From Yuukianura sp. NJ FZ-2021 (lineage: Eukaryota), in the NCBI GenBank assembly GCA_046563655.1, contig CM102283.1, forward strand, positions 9,672,001 through 9,736,000: a stretch of 64,000 nucleotides of DNA. Direction: 5' to 3'. The notes beneath the pieces are model-generated. The model did no database searches. It was given only the letters and a program-made list of their open reading frames with translations, and was not told the origin of the DNA. Each line of letters starts with the position of its first letter. Within the stretch, counting starts at the first letter, position 1. This document shows positions 1 to 15,295 of this stretch, piece after piece. The translations under genes were made by a program, and so were the position numbers.

Positions 1-624
1 AAACTTTTTCTTCTTCTCGTTGTGGTATGTTGCAGAAATTTTTCCAATTTCAATATATTTTTATTAAAAAGTGAAAATGTGAGAAAGATGATTTGATTTG
101 TTGTTTGTGTAAAATTGGTCTCTTGGTTTAGAGTCAAGTGGAGAAAGTGGATCGGGAGTGGAAGTGGATTGGATGGATGTGGATTGTGGATTGAGGTTCT
201 GTGCGTTATTCACTTACGTGCTGTTTAGACGTACGTGAGTAATGGAACAAGCTGTTGTTGAGCTTTCCTCCATGTCAAAAGGAATGAATTCATTGAAGCA
301 AGTGGAGAAAAGGCTAATATCGCACAAATGATCATTTCATCCCCAACTCATGTGTGGAGGGAATCAATTTCACAATAAGCTCTTGGCCTTACAAATATTA
401 CAAATGTCGACCTCCTCCTCCTCCTCCTCCGCCAAAAGAGAGGAGGAGGAGGAGGATGAAGAAAAGTACGAGTGAACTGAGCGCGCTATTTCAAATTAAA
501 CTCTGCCACATGGAGCCAACTGCTTTCTGTTCCTAGACGCAAGGAATGATCGAATTACTTCACTGGATCCGATATTAGTACACGTTACACCTCCTCCCTG
601 CCCTGTCCCGCTTCCTAATATCAA

Positions 625-686
625 AAATACCATAAATCTCCTCACAAATACCGTAAATCTCCGCACAAGTACCGTAAATCTCCAAC
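625..686. repeat. 21-bp tandem repeat, 3 copies (AAATACCGTAAATCTCCGCAC)
   Basis: Directly visible at 625, 646 and 667. Confidence 0.8.
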
Positions 687-3574
687 TTTTGCCCGACAAA
701 ATCACAACTCTCCGCTTGGTGTTATGATATGACCAATCCTGTTTCTAGTTTTCGCAGATTTCTCTTTTTTTTCTCCCGATTTTTTGGAACCCGGGGTTGT
801 AAGTCGGAGTTTTACGGTACTGCCTGTCCAGAAGGGTTGTATACAGAGAGCTGAATGTAATAGAAGTCATAACTGAGGAAAGATTGGTTGTAGGAATGGA
901 GGGCACATAAAACGGAAGACAAAGGAGAGTAGGAGTCATTTACTAGGGTTGTACAATATGTTGCTTTCTCTGCTCCACTTTCTCCGAGACATGGACCAAA
1001 AGGAAAATTACTTAATCTATAATATGGAAAGAACGCTCTAATACTTTCTCTTTTTTCAAACTCCTTTGACTTTCTCAACTTTCTATATTTTGGATAAGGA
1101 GGAGGTAGGACTCGAACTGGAGAGCTATTACTCCTGCTAGCACAAACTGGAGTTATGGGAGGGAGAAAGTCGGAAATTTATGGGTTTTATGCTTGTGCTT
1201 TCTGCGATGTATCCAATGCTCAATCTCATGGAAACACAGCCACTCTTATTATAAAATCAATCTCCAATTTGGACACACAAATTGGAAAACGAAAAACTAC
1301 TGCTTCATTTTTCCAACAGAAACAAAATGAGAAAAGAGATTTCAAAATTTCCGATCATGAAGACATTTCAAGTCGAATTTTAGAAAAAGAGAATCAAGTT
1401 ATTTTGAGATTCTGAAAAATTTGGTGTCAGAGGATTTAGAACTGTTTGAACAAAGCTCAATTTTTTTCGACGTTTGAAAAGTTGAAGCTTTTGAGATTCT
1501 ATTTTGGGCGAAAAGTGAAGATGTTGTTGTGGGTGAAGTGGAGGGATTTTGGCACTAAATATTCCAAGGATCATTGCGTGAGTCAGCGGTTCTGTTTAAA
1601 CAAATAGGGTTCGAATCCTGCACGGCGCATGAGCATCCATGTATGTGTGTGTTTGGAGGACGCGGTTCAATGGAGAATTAACCTATTATGCACTCAATCG
1701 GAACTTTTTTTTCGTCTTGGGCACCAATTTGTTCAAACAGCTCCGTGACAGGGAAGAAATTTAAAAAAAAGAAAACAGAGTAACTCCTTTGTGTCTAAAT
1801 TTTGAATTTTCCCGCCAGAATCTCTACCATCTCTATAATGTATCAAGCCCAATCATAATTTGTCTCTCAAGTGCCAACTTGAATTTTCCCGCCTCCGTTT
1901 TTCAAACTAAAAAGCACCACAATAGAGCCATTGTTTTTTTAGTTTCAAAAAGTTTTTAAAACGGAAGTAAGCACAGCAGGTGCTTTTTAAAAAAATAAAA
2001 AAGAAATACGGGTACCGGAAACGCTCAATTGAATCTTAAATGTCTCCGTTCAGAAAATTTTGAAATGTGATTTTTTGAAAAACTGATTTTGAAACTTTCA
2101 AAATTTTGATTTTGGATCGTGTGGCCGTTGCAATTGTGTGGTTTACAAATGCATTTGTGGTATGTTTCTGAAAATTGTCCTTGTCCTGTTATTGATCATT
2201 CAAGCGTAAATCCCGTGTTCAAAGGCAGTTGAGGAAATGCGGTTTTCCGGGAACTTTTTCAAAAAACTGTTTTTTCGAAACTTTTTTTATTTTTTGAAAA
2301 GTGCATGTAAGGAAACACAAGCCTTTCTTTTGTTCTAGGGGAAAATCATTAGATGTTGGATGAATGAGAACGAACACACACCTCCAAACTCCTTTTTCCT
2401 TGTGTTAAATGATCCATTTAAATTCTTGAGGTTGACTTAAGGCGAAATCCTCCCTTGTACCCTTGTTGTGCGGGATATTTTATTAGTCAACCGGAACTGC
2501 CTCAAGACGAACCAATTTCAAAATTTGGAACAACTATTTTTGGATTTCCGGTTCCAAAATTTTCAAAATCCGGTTTTGAAAAGAGTCAGGAGAGGCTGGG
2601 GGCCAGGAGAGATGAAAGAGACAATTTTAATGAATTGTGCAACTAATTGTGAATTTGGAGTGATGAATTACGTGCATAAAAAGTTTTAATTGTATTTTGG
2701 CAACTCCTAAAAACTTACAAAAGCGTAAACACGTATAATTGTTTTTTTTTGTGCTCAAAAGATCATACTCTCATTATTTTTTAAAAAGCACAAAAGTGAG
2801 TAATGTGACTTCGTTTTGCGTAATAATAATTATAAAAACGTTTTTTTTTGCACAAAGTACAAAAAAAGTTATAATGATGTAGAAGGGTTGTGCTAATTAA
2901 TTTTCTGACTGTGGTCGTTTTCCCATTGTGCATTACACATATGTGCACATCCTACGTTTTAAATTTTAAATTAATTTTTTTAAAGCTCTAACTTTTTTTT
3001 GAAGTGAACTTTTCAATTATTTCTTCAAAGAATGTTTTGATTAAAAGTATTTTTTCTCTGTGAAAAGAGATGAGAGGATAGACACATTTTCCTAATTACT
3101 TCTGCACACAGAGTCTGTTCGTTAAGTTAATGACAGTGCACACCTTAACTTCCACCCTAGTTGAAGTTAGTTAAGGATGTTAGTTAAGGGGAGAAAGGTA
3201 ATCACAATTACAATTAAGCTTAGTTTCCGCTTAAAAACTATGATGATCATTAAGTTCCGTGTGGCAAAGGAGTTGAGAGTGTTATTATCTCACGTAGAGC
3301 CTATTATCTATTACCATTATTATGCTCCGTACACTCCCTTATTCTTTTCAAAAAAGGCAAAGGCCAAGTAATTATCTCCTCCGAAAAGTAGCAACTCTGT
3401 GTTAAAAATTTCAAAAAAAAAAATTCAAAGTTGAGTTTCCAAAAATCCGATTACAAAAGAAAATCATATCTGCGTTTTATAACAGGAAACCCACATTTTC
3501 CTCCGAAGTTTTTTCAACTCAGGTGGCGCAAGTTCTCTAATAAAAATATGTTTTGGAAAAGGTAATCGAACTCT

Positions 3575-3770
3575 CTGTAATAGAAAATAGAAAAATCTTG
3601 AGTAGAAAATCGGAAAATGTTTAATAAAAAATCGGGAAATCTCTAACAGAAAAGCAGAAAATTTACAGAAAACTGGAAAATTTCTAATAGAGAGTCGGGA
3701 AATCTCTAATATAAAATTGGAGAATCTGTAAGCAAAATCGGAAAATCGTTAATAGAAAATCGGAAAACAT
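3575..3770. repeat. Degenerate ~21-22-bp minisatellite (CTCTAATAGAAAATCGGAAAAT-like), about 9 copies
   Basis: Periodic TAATAGAAAATCGG(G/A)AAAT units are visible. Confidence 0.7.
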
Positions 3771-6700
3771 CCAAAACGAAGTTGGATTTTTGTGTGATTA
3801 ATTAGGAAGTGAAGTTAAGGGCGGGTGGATTTGCTGTTCTCCCCACCCCTCAGTTACGTTATGTAATCTATGTTGTTAAGCTTAGGGGGGCTGGGTGTAG
3901 GAGGGGGCGGGGTGTATAATTATAGTTTTGACTTTGAAAAAGACTTTATAGACGGAGTTAATAACGTTCGAGGTCTAAATTATAACAACTTGGTTAATTA
4001 GGTTCTTTTAGGAAGAGGGATTTGACGTGATGGATTGCCTTTATAGATAGAGTGCTTTGATTAGGGCGGTGGTTTTTAAAAGTTTTTTGCTTATTAGATC
4101 CAGACTGCACAGTATGTTGAAAGTAAAAGAATTAAATTAAAGTTTTTGGTGGTACAATTTGTATGTGTCGGAGGGTGCGTTAGGAAGTTAATTAACAAAA
4201 TAATTGGTTAGTTGTTCAATTGAAGATGCAGAGAGGGATAAAAGCATGAGAGCCAATCTACGAATGCTTTATGGGCATCTCAATTGTAGTTGAACCTAAT
4301 TATGGAATCAACACAATAATTCCCAATCACACCGTAATGGCACAATTAACTTTTTAATGTACTATGCCTTTAGTTGAAGTATGAAAAAATTAGAGTTGTA
4401 CTTTAATTAGTTTCTGGGAATAATTAGGCTGTTGATGTTCATTTTTGCAACGAGAGTAAATTAGACTTCCAATTAGTTTGAACTAAAACCTCAAAGTGTC
4501 AGTCAAACTACAATTTCAACTCAAGATGAAGAGCAGGAAAGCAGGTTTTTAAATTTTTTTAAATTTCAGTTTTTGTAAAATTAATTTACTTTTTTGTCAA
4601 AGGCGGCCTTAACAATAGCCCTAAATTGGAGGAAAATGAAATTAATTGTGTCGGAATCAAGATTCTGAGAATCAGTTTTTTTAAAGCTTTTTATCTAAAA
4701 AGTAGTTTGGTCATGAAATTAAATTAATTTTGAGAAGATTTATATTAAATTTGTTGTCTAAAAAGTTAACGAAGAGATGAATACTAAATTCCGCTTTACT
4801 TTTTACCAAACATTGTCAATTATGTTTAAAATAATTAGGTTTTCTCAATTTAAAAAACTGATTTAATTAAAAACTGCCTGGGGGTAATACTTTTAAGTAA
4901 AAATGAGATTTCCAAGTGAACTTTGAAATTTTGCCGCCTTTTTTTTTCGTCTTTTGCAAATCCTCTTCCGTCATGACTATGAATCATGAAGACGCTTTTG
5001 CATGACGAGATGATCATGATCTCAACTTCGTGAAAATTGAAAAGTCTTTTTAAGGCTTCAGTGAATTCAAAAGTTAAATTGAACAAGGGAGGAATCATGA
5101 GGGCGATTAAACTAATTTCCTCATCACACAAACACTTAAGCCTTTGAGTAAAGTAATAGTTGGCTTTTCAATTTTCTTTTGTGACTTTTCAAAATTAATC
5201 AACTAGAACTATTAGTTTTGTCCAAATTTTGCCGCTTTTGAGGCTAGATGTGAAAAACGTGCAACTTTTTTTCTTTCTCTTTTTTTTTTCAAAAAGGCGG
5301 CATCTGGATTTGGGTTTCAAAAATGAAATTATGAACGGTTGATTGATTCCATTCATACGGTGCAAAACGCTTCCCAAAAGTTTTCACCTGGTAAGCTTTT
5401 TGTTCGGTACAAAATGTACAAAGCGAATTTTGATCAATGTGTGACGGATTTACAGAAAAATGAAAAATTTCATTAATAATAAAAAATTGAAAAATTGACT
5501 TTCTCCAAATCTAACTGAAATTGAAAATTTGAAAATTAAGAAATAGTTAAAGCGGGAAATTTGAAAATTCCGAATCCCGTATTAGATGAAACTGATTTGT
5601 CTGGAATTCAGTGTACCCTTGAAGGCCCTTGGAAGGGCCCCTTCCTGTGCATGTCCCTTGTCGTTGTCACCCTGCTGCGTAAATCTTTTGTGTAGATTTG
5701 TCCTTTGTGTCTCACAATGCAGGAATAAAAAAAATCTCTCCTGGCCCTTTAAGTCCCCTCTCCCTCCTCCGGTGTGCTATATGCAGTAATGGAATTTCTG
5801 AAGCCATGCTGGGGGTACCCTTAAGTCCCCCTCTTGCTTTTTCAAGTGTCCTCAAGGCATTGGACTCGGTGGCTGTGCTGTTTATACTTGAAATGGTGAG
5901 GGATGAAGGGAAGATTTTTGTGCGTTGCTGCCATGATGCGTCCCTTGAAGGGCCCCTCTGTCCTTGGCAGTTTAGAATTTTAAATTGAGGGGTGGATTTA
6001 TTAGGTGGAGTTCGTTCAGAATTAATAAGGAGGAAGGTGATGCAGATGGAGAACAAATAGTTAGGCTAACTTTCATGTTAGGTTAACTTTTAGGTTAAGC
6101 AGATCCTGAATCATGAGCCTAACCTAATAATTTTCTAGGAAGAAAGAATGGGTAGTAAATTACACCTTATTAAAAAGTGAAGACTATCATTACAGAAGCT
6201 TTTCCAATTGATCCGGTTTCAATAACAGACCAGAGACCTTTCAAAACTAAATCATTTTTTCAAAACCAGAAAAAACGGCCGTTTTCAAAAATAATTCCCA
6301 ATAATTATCCTTCAAAACTGTACAGAAATTATGAATTATGGAACTTTTCGGAGCGTAACTTGCGGATGTGCCAAAAAATATTTCTTTGTAACATTCAAAC
6401 TCAGCTCGCACTCATCGTTCGTATTTTTTGTTTCTAAAAATTCTCAAAATGTGTTTACACAATCCACAGTTTTTAACCTTACTTCGATTTGGGGGAACCA
6501 AAACTTTTCGAAATAAAACCTTACTTATACCAAAAATTCTGAAAATTTGTTTTCGACTGAAAACTTTGGATTTTCAACTCCTCAAATTTTGAAAACGCCA
6601 ATTGAATTTTGTTAGTTTGTGGGCAGAAGCGGAGTTTTAGTGCCCGTTTGCTGTTTGTTAATTGTTGAACCTTGAACAATAAAAAGGTCTTTGTTCTTAA

Positions 6701-9700
6701 GCGTAGCGTGAAATTCATTAGGGAGCATAAAAACAAAAAACGAAAAAAAATTCGTCCTGGTGGGAGAGTCACTTCATTTCTGCCTCACTGATTTTAGTTT
6801 ATGAGGTGCATTCATTCCCAAAAGCAAATTTTTACAAAAACTTTTTCTCACTTTTTCCAAAAACCATGGAGGGCCGTTAGTTGCAAAGTGCATGAAAACT
6901 CCAAAGTTTCTGTTTTGAGTAATTTTCTGCTGTTTAACTCTTGGTTAAAATTGAAAATGTTGTGATCATTTGAAATGATGGAGTGAAAAAGTAGGAGAAG
7001 ATGACTTTGGTGAGGATGAAGTCTTTATCTGTTGGATTTGGAGTTTTAGCTCAAGTGGTTTTCACACTCATCTTACAGTGTCTAAATCCAAAGAGTGTTA
7101 TAGTGTTTTAAGAGTGTTACGGTGTTATAAGTACTCAAGTCCAAAAGGATGATGAGATCATGATGTTTTCCTACTCTGTGTTATGCATGAGTGTTTTTCA
7201 ATGTACAGTCTTTTAGTCAAGTGCAACAGGAAACCATCACACCTTTTTCATAATCATTTTCAAAAAAACATGCAAGAGACAAAGTTTCTTTCCAAACATA
7301 AGATGAGGATTCAAAGTCACGAAAATTTCGAAAAAGTTTTTTGTGTAATTTTGAACAGTTTTTGAACTGTAGTGCCTTCTGGGTGACGTTGTTGACATAT
7401 CCGTTTGCTTTTGTTCAAGGACTTGAGATTTGTTAACCTGAACAATCTAAAAACGTTGCATGTCGCCATTGTAACGTGAGTGTAAGAAAGTGACATTGTC
7501 GGAAATTGTCAGTCAGTGTAACTAACCTAAAATCCATTCAAATTTACTCTTAAGTCCATGGAACACTGCGTTCAGATGCTATTTTAAAGGTAATTGCAAA
7601 CTCAAAAAGTAGCTTAATGGTTAAGTCTCACGATGAGCATTTTGTGGTTGGAAGTTCAAACACTGGAACTGGAACAAAAAAAAACTGTTTTTTGTTTTAT
7701 ACTAAAAAAGGTGATTGTAGAAGCCAAGAGAAAGTGAATGTTTTGGATGCTGTGTGGAGAAGAGGAGAAAGTGGCCGTTGTGCGAGTGAAAGTAATGAGG
7801 AGGTGGAGGGGGTCGAGGGTTACGGAAGTATAAACCACCCATAAATTGTGTGATTGCTTCTAAATTATGAAGAGACTCTGAGAGATTGAACTCTGACCCC
7901 TCTTTTGTTTCTCCTCCTCTAATTTAATCTAATCCCCTGCCAAGAACAAAGTGGGGGGAGGAGGAGGGGGGAGGGGGCGGAGGTGTGGTTGGTGGGGGGA
8001 CTGTTCGTAAATGGAATGGAACCATGATGAATGCTCTTTAGGATATTGTCTTCCTTCCTAATGTTTGATTAAATAAACTTTCTCTCTGTCACTTTCACTT
8101 CCAAACGTGAAATCAATTTACAAAATGAAATCAAACCATGTGACTTAAAAAAACGCAATTTTTTCAAATTCTGCCGCCTACTTTCACTTCCCGGAAAAAC
8201 TGTTCCTGTCCCAAACAAGAAAAAAAACTTTCTCCGTAGTTTAAAATTTCCGCCGGATAATTTTTTCAGCTTTTTTTTTCTCCAGCACGAAAATGGCTTT
8301 CCACCAGTTTTGAGCTTCTAATGGTTCAAAATTTGTTCTGTTTGAACAGGTTTCAGGATTTGTTTTTAAAAAAAAGTGTTTTTTAAACAGAATTGAGCGG
8401 GAATTAAGAAAATCAATTAGTTCTGGTTGTTGGGAATTAAGTTCAGGTGGGTGTTCATTCGTCTAATCCAAATTAAGTCTTAGGAACAAGAAAGCCCTAA
8501 TCTCCCTACCTTCCAGAACTTTCTCTCTGCCAGTCACTCTGATTAAGTTCCAACTTACAGTGTTAGTCACTCCAATTCAAACACTACTTTCACTTTTTCT
8601 CTCCCTTTTCTCCAACATTTCAAATTTTGGCGCCAAAAGTACTTCTTACACAGAGGCTGATTTGAGAAAGTGTGGGAACATTCCCACTCTACTTTCTCCA
8701 GAGAATACGTTGGTTAGTTAAGCTTCTCGGCAGAACGTGCAGACTAATTTCCTGATTTCCAAATTCAGTTTCTCTCCAAATTTCGTAATTTGGTACCATT
8801 TTTCAAAAAAAAGGTTTTGTGAAAAGTACAAATTAATTGAACATGACTGTACTTCTACAAATCAGCTTTTCATTTGAACTGGTTGTTCAAAAACTAATGA
8901 AACTCTATTCAGGTTTCGGCCGGCACAAAAACGAACCGCCATTTTTTGTACGAGGCTAGAAGGTTCCTTTTTGGTACGAGGCTGGAAGGTTCCCATTTTT
9001 CAAATCAAAGCGGAGTTTAATGAAGACAAAAGAGTTTTAGTTGAATGAGTTCTTTTAGTCTACACATTCAAAATGTAATACCCCACGGTTTTAAAACGTA
9101 TTACCTTTAGGACAATACAAAGATTAATTATTTCCCGCGCAATTGAATCCACAATTCAGCCCAATGCACAATTTAAGTCCCCTCCCCAAGGGCCCCCTCA
9201 ACCATTCCAGTGAAGTACCCGTATTTGGAAAAGAGGAAGTGGGGGAGCCCTGTTTGAATTGAATTTGGGGTTTGAGCTCAATCAGAACTCGGAATCAGGG
9301 AGGCGGGTAGATTTGAACATTTTGAAGAAAAAGCTGTGCTATATAGTTACTCCCTGCGTGGCTGTGGTGGTGGTTAGGGTGGGAATGATTAGAGACTCCG
9401 GTGGGGCCTTCTCTCTTTTTTCGGTGGGACGAAGGGGGTTTGAGCTATTTGGGTTTTAAGGTAATTGATTTGGTGTCGGTTCGTTAGGTCTCTTTTGGCC
9501 CAATTACCCTTGTTTGCACCCTACTTCTTTTCCCGCACTTTCTCTCTCCAGAAAGAACTTCTATCATCTTCATTTTCACTCTTTCTCCACTTCATGAGAC
9601 AGAGAAGGGAGAGGGGAGTTCTGTGGGGAGTTGGATTGATTGGAGATACTCTCTGTTATTATCTATACCAACTTCATTCTATACATTCAGCTTTAATTTA

Positions 9701-12700
9701 CTCCAACAATCAACCAACAAATTACTTCAAACCTTCCCTAGGTTCGATTCCACCCGGGACCATTTTACGAAAAAAAATCGGTCAGACAGACAGACAAAGT
9801 CTCCAGAAAACTAAAAAGAGAGGGGGAAAGCAACAGAGACAAAGATATAATCGTTTTGTCTAAAAATTGCATTTTTTGCAAACGGAATTTTAAATTTTTT
9901 ATCTGTGTTATCTGTGCTTTTATTTGTTTGGTATGAGAAATTTTCAGAAATGGAAAGCGAAGTAGCAAAGTAGCGAAAGTTTGAATTTTGAAAAACAGAA
10001 TTTTTTTAAAACCAAAGTATCAAAGTAGCGAGAGTTCAAATTTTGTATTTTTTTTCAAATTGGGTGAGGATTGAGTTGAAAACGTGTTGATTGGAAGATT
10101 TATGTGGTTGAATGGAGTTGTACTGGGAGAAAATTGTGGTGGTGTGTCAGTTTAGTAGTATGAGGGTAGACCAGTTGCAAGACACAAGATTCTTTTTTTT
10201 TTAGAGTTTAGTAGTAGTACTATGACTATAACTACTTTTAGTATGTAAAAGTAGGAGTTGTGGTTGTTAATTTATTTGAGCTGGGTGGCCAATTGTTTTT
10301 AGTTGGAGAAGATGAGTTTTTGGGATGATCATTCATTAGCCAGAGATTCAACTTTTGTGGCTCTTTGTTTCATCTCTGAAACTTCATTCCACAGCTAAAA
10401 TCATCTGCACGCATTGTTCATCTCTCTGCTCCTGGCATCAACCTAACCAAAACCTAACATAAGCTTAGCCTTGATCTCCACAGTCCACGTCTGGATTTGG
10501 CAGTTGCTAATTTGGACTTTGGAACTGTGACTAATTCACTTTCATAAACAATCTCACTTTCAGACAAAAACTAACCAAAAATTGTTTATGTTATGGACAC
10601 TTTTCCAAATACACAAATTTGGCAACTTTTCTTCCAAGACCAACCCAAAAAATGAAAATTTCACTTTTTCTTCAAAAAAAAAATTGAAAATGAATAAAAA
10701 TGAAGACATTTGTTAGTCCAACTTGAAGACTAAGGATAAGAACATGTTTTTTACACAGTAGATTTTAACTTTAAGACTTATTTGTAATGTGTGGTAATAA
10801 AAAAGTGCACATCCGGTTGAGCTTTCCATGTTGCATGTTACGTCAAAAAACTTTTTTACGCAACTCGTTGCGTTTTTTTCTTAACTTTTTGTAAGTATGT
10901 AAGACTTTGTGATTTTGGTTGGATTGTGAAGAGGAGGAAGCACGCTTATTAGCCAAATGATTGCCAATTTGCCATTCCGGCCTCCGGCCTTCTGCAATTT
11001 GAGTCATAATGAGGCCATAGACTCACTTTAACTATGAAACTCAACATGTCAATTCCATTAAGGCTACTATTCAACTTAACTTTTTAGAAATTAACTACTT
11101 TTAGATGTGGATGTTTCAAACATTCTTGATTTTCTGCGCTTGCGTGACGAGAATTGTCCAAAACTTTTTTGAAAAACGTCTTGTGGGTTCTTCTAGAAAA
11201 GAAAAAAAATGAAGCGGACGAGAGAGCTCAAATGGAGCATGGCAGTGAAGGGCGGATATTTTCAAAAAAAAAGTTAGAAAAAACATAATTTTGAAAAAAA
11301 AAAGTTAAGGGAGGGAGCAGAAGCAATAATCTTTGAACATGGAACGACATTTGCTTACCCATAAAATTGGGTTGTTGACAACCGTCGTCAGGGGGAGGGG
11401 TGAAGCTAAGGGCCCCTTGAGTTGAGGGGGCCCTTAAGTTGAAATTCAATACGTTTCAAAACAGTGTTTTAGATTTTAGTTAAGAAAACAGTGAACAAAT
11501 TTCCGTGGAAGAGATCTCAAGGGACTTGGCGATAAGGGGGCCCTTAAGGTGATCAGGGTTTAAGCACTTACGAGGTTTCGTTTTACCTAATTCCAAAATT
11601 TTGAAACTGGAAATTGAAAAAAAAATCGTCCATAATTTGAAATCTGAGTGACTTTGAACCACTGAAGTTAATGGATGTTTTTTTAAGAAGAAAAAAACGC
11701 CGGAAATAATAATTTGACGACTGTTGACGAAACGGGTACAGCTGGAACACGAAATGTGGGAAATTTCAAAATGAAATTTTGAAAATGTCTCATTTTGAAA
11801 GCAAATCCGGAGACATGAGCTTTTGAGGCCATCTGTCAATGTGACTAAACGGCTGAAAACGCAGAAGCGCGGAAATGTCGCTTTTCGAACAATTTCACTT
11901 GACACGTTCTTTGAACCTAGCTAAACACTACATGAATAGACGACAGGGCAGGTCATGCGCATAACTCAAAACTCAAAATTTCTGAGGTCATGACCTTTTT
12001 TGAAAACTTTTTTTTGAAAACTTGAGTCACGAATGTAAAGTTTGGGTTTGAAAATAGTAAAAGTCATAAAACAATCAGGGAAATTGCGGCTGAGTTTGAT
12101 ATTTTCGTAGGGAGTGGAGTTGTTTGTAAGTTAAGAGCGGAGGGTTGTGAATGTTAATGGCGGGAAAGAAGGAGGAATTGTAGAAATTTGAATTTGGGAC
12201 GGTTTGAGTCAAAGTGGAGAGTAGTTAATAAGTACGTGGGTTTTATGATTTTACGGTCGCCCAGTGTCATTATGACCAGCTCGACTGTTTGCAAAGGCTC
12301 AAAACTAATGTCAAGTCACGACAAGAACTTAACAAAATGAAGGGAAATGGCGACTGTTATTTTAATTCCAAGTCTACGAAAATTTTGAGTGTTGCAAATT
12401 TTAGATGCCTGAAAGAAGCGGGAGTTGTTAACAAATTTGAAAATTTTCTAAACTAGTGGTCGACATTTTACTATGTAACTCAAAAAACCTTTTGTTTTTT
12501 GGTTTTTCAGGAAATGGTGTGAAGAAATAGCAGCAAACCAAATTTTTTTGAAAATTGGTGTATTTTGATGCTGGATTTTTCGGATTTCAAAATTTGCATT
12601 GTATTCATAAACGAAGATTGACCAAGTCATTCCAGTCCAGCAGAACCCGGTAAGTCTAAAATTATTTATCAATTTTCTTGTAAAAGTTTCACATTTTTTG

Positions 12701-15295
12701 AAATTCGCTGGAAACGGATTTCAAAAATTCATTCGAATTTTTTTGTTAGTAAGAACTTGGTGGGTGTTACACAAATTCTGAATTCAAAAACATTGTAAAG
12801 GCGGAGAACAAGTTTTATTCAGGCTCTTAAATAATTTGAAATTACCAGTTTTTTGCCAAAAGTTTGCAATTTTTTTTTCAAAACTGCCTGCAGGCATTGT
12901 GAAAATGGCGCCTGATGGCTATGAAAACTCGTACTGCGCAGGCCCCAGTCCAACATTCGGTCATAATTTAAAAGCCACCTCTTCCGCCCCATGATCTTAG
13001 ATACTGCCAGCATCCAGTACTTCTCGAATCTCGTGAGCCAAGGGGCCAAAGGGCCCTTATTCCTCAGGGTCACAATTATTTCCATTATTTTTTGAAATGC
13101 AGCGCCCTTATTATCATCCAAGGGCCCCTGTGAGCCAAAAGTCCATCAGAATGATCATTTGTGTGAGTTATAGAGATTGAAGCTGTAAGGCCTCCTGGCA
13201 TTCAGTTATTACAATAGTTACTCCCTCTTTTATTTCTCTGATGAGCACTTTAAGACTGTAATTAAGGGACCACTTTCCTCTAAACTGCACAGACGCAGCC
13301 CTTGAGGCCCTTACACTCTCCAGATCAACATTTTCTCATTACTAAGCATCGGAGGAACCTTTTTCTCATTACAAAAGCACTGTGGAGGAACCTTTTGGTC
13401 GTAACCATTTCCCTAGTCATAATTCAAACGTCTTTATGCCTAATGTGAATTACTCTAAACATGAATAGGGCGGAGGTGAAATTTACTTATTGTGAGAAAA
13501 AATTTGGAAAAAAAATTTAAAATGACCAAAATTTTCCAAAAACAACAAAGTTGTGCGCAGTCCATTTGTCAGCTACGGCCTTATCTCACCTGAGATCTCA
13601 ATCTTTTAGTGAACTTTAAGTTTTCAAAGTATAAACTTTAGTCAAAAAGCTTAAAACGGAAGAGTTTTGAAGTGGGGCAAAGCGACGGCGCAGAAGGTTT
13701 CAAAAAAGTTCATATTTTCAAAAAGCATTTGAATTCCCGTTGTGAAGAAAGTGTTTGTGAAAATAGGTTTTGTTCATTAGGTGAAAGTGAGGAGGGAGAA
13801 AGTGATTAAGGTGAAAGTTTTTAGTAGTGCTTATTGCTCATTCTGAAGGAGCAGAAGGAGCTTCTACTCTTTTGGCGAAAAAGTGGAGCCTTTTTGTACT
13901 CGTATTTTCGTCGTCGTACTTTTGTGCTCGTACTTTTTGTGCTCGTACTTTTGTTGTGCTAAACTAATAAGAGAAGGTTGTAATCAATTTGTATTGTTCC
14001 CTTATTGTAAATACAAAAAGGAGAGAAAGTGTGTTGGGGATGAATTAAAAGTTTAATAATTAATCCCAGTAGTCTCTTGGACTGTGCAGAGAGAGTCCCT
14101 GGAAAAAACAATTTGGAATTTAGTGGAAATGGAGAAAGTGCTTTGGAGAAAGTGAATTGAGCAGAGGAGAAGTTGTGTTATGTGGCAGTTCTTATTTATT
14201 GTGAGGCATGCAATGGGTCCTGGACTCCACTCAAATGTCAATATGGCATGGTTAATTTATTCAATTCCTGAATATTGAGTGCTCAATTTGTACCTTCCAG
14301 TTCATCCCTGGATACTAACCGAACAACAACATAACTAACTTCAACAAAACATAGTTTAAACTTAGGCTAAACAACCAAACTAACTTTCTCCGGCGGGAAT
14401 TTAGACACTTTTCACTTTTGTTTAAAAAGTGGAAATTTTTTAAATTTTGCCGTTTTCGGAACAAAAGTGAAATGGAGTTTGAAGATCTGATGGATTTGAG
14501 TTGCTTTTCAGCAACTGGAGGCTACGCGGATTCAAACAGCTACGTAAGACATTGAATAGAGAAGTTTTTTGGCTAATTTTTCAAATTTTGAAAAGCGTGC
14601 ACAGAGAAAGTAGTTTTAGCGTTGTGTGGGTGATTTTGAAAAGAGAGTGCCTGGACAGGTCATGGACAGAGATGAATTCTCAATTTATTTGACCAGTGTG
14701 TGAGCTTAATTAGTAGAGTTGAGAATAATTGGAACCTGTCTAAAAAGATTCATGTTCTTCTGAGTCCGTGGGTTTCAAGAGCGCCAAAAAGATTAAAATC
14801 AAAACTTTGTTCTCTGCACCACTCGGAGAAAGCACAGAGCTAGGCTAGGGGCCTGAGATTTCCCAGAGTACAGTCTGTTTCAAAAGTTTTCAGTTTAGCT
14901 TTCACTCCTTCAACCTAACTTTACTTTGTCTGACGCTGAACTGTTCGGCTATTATGGAATGTATCTATTTCCTTTTCCTGGTGGCAGGAGGAATTGAGTG
15001 GAATTGGGTTCTTGACAGCTTTTGCAATTACAGGTTTTTCAAACGGCGGAACGTGGACGACTTTCTTTTTTTCTGTGGCTGGGAGGGGAGAAAGTTCTAA
15101 AAAAAAGAATTTTCTCCATGAGGGCTTTCTGAGATTGAAGCCCTGGAGCAAGCTGTCTTTGTAGTTGGACCTAACTGCTTCCTGTGGTCATTTTTCTTTT
15201 TCTCTTTGCTAATTGCTTCAACAAAGAGAAAAAGAGAGGAAAAAGAGAAAAAAGTTGGATGAGGACAGCAGTTGTGAAGATCTCAGTCTATAGTG

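Noticed and set aside
496-1078. Overlapping short ORFs around the 21-bp repeat (KYRKSPH or EIYG frames)
   Set aside because: No recognisable domain and no coherent exon chain.
3575-3770. Periodic repeat considered as a CRISPR-like array
   Set aside because: The units are head-to-tail and degenerate with no unique spacers, there are no cas genes, and the context is eukaryotic.
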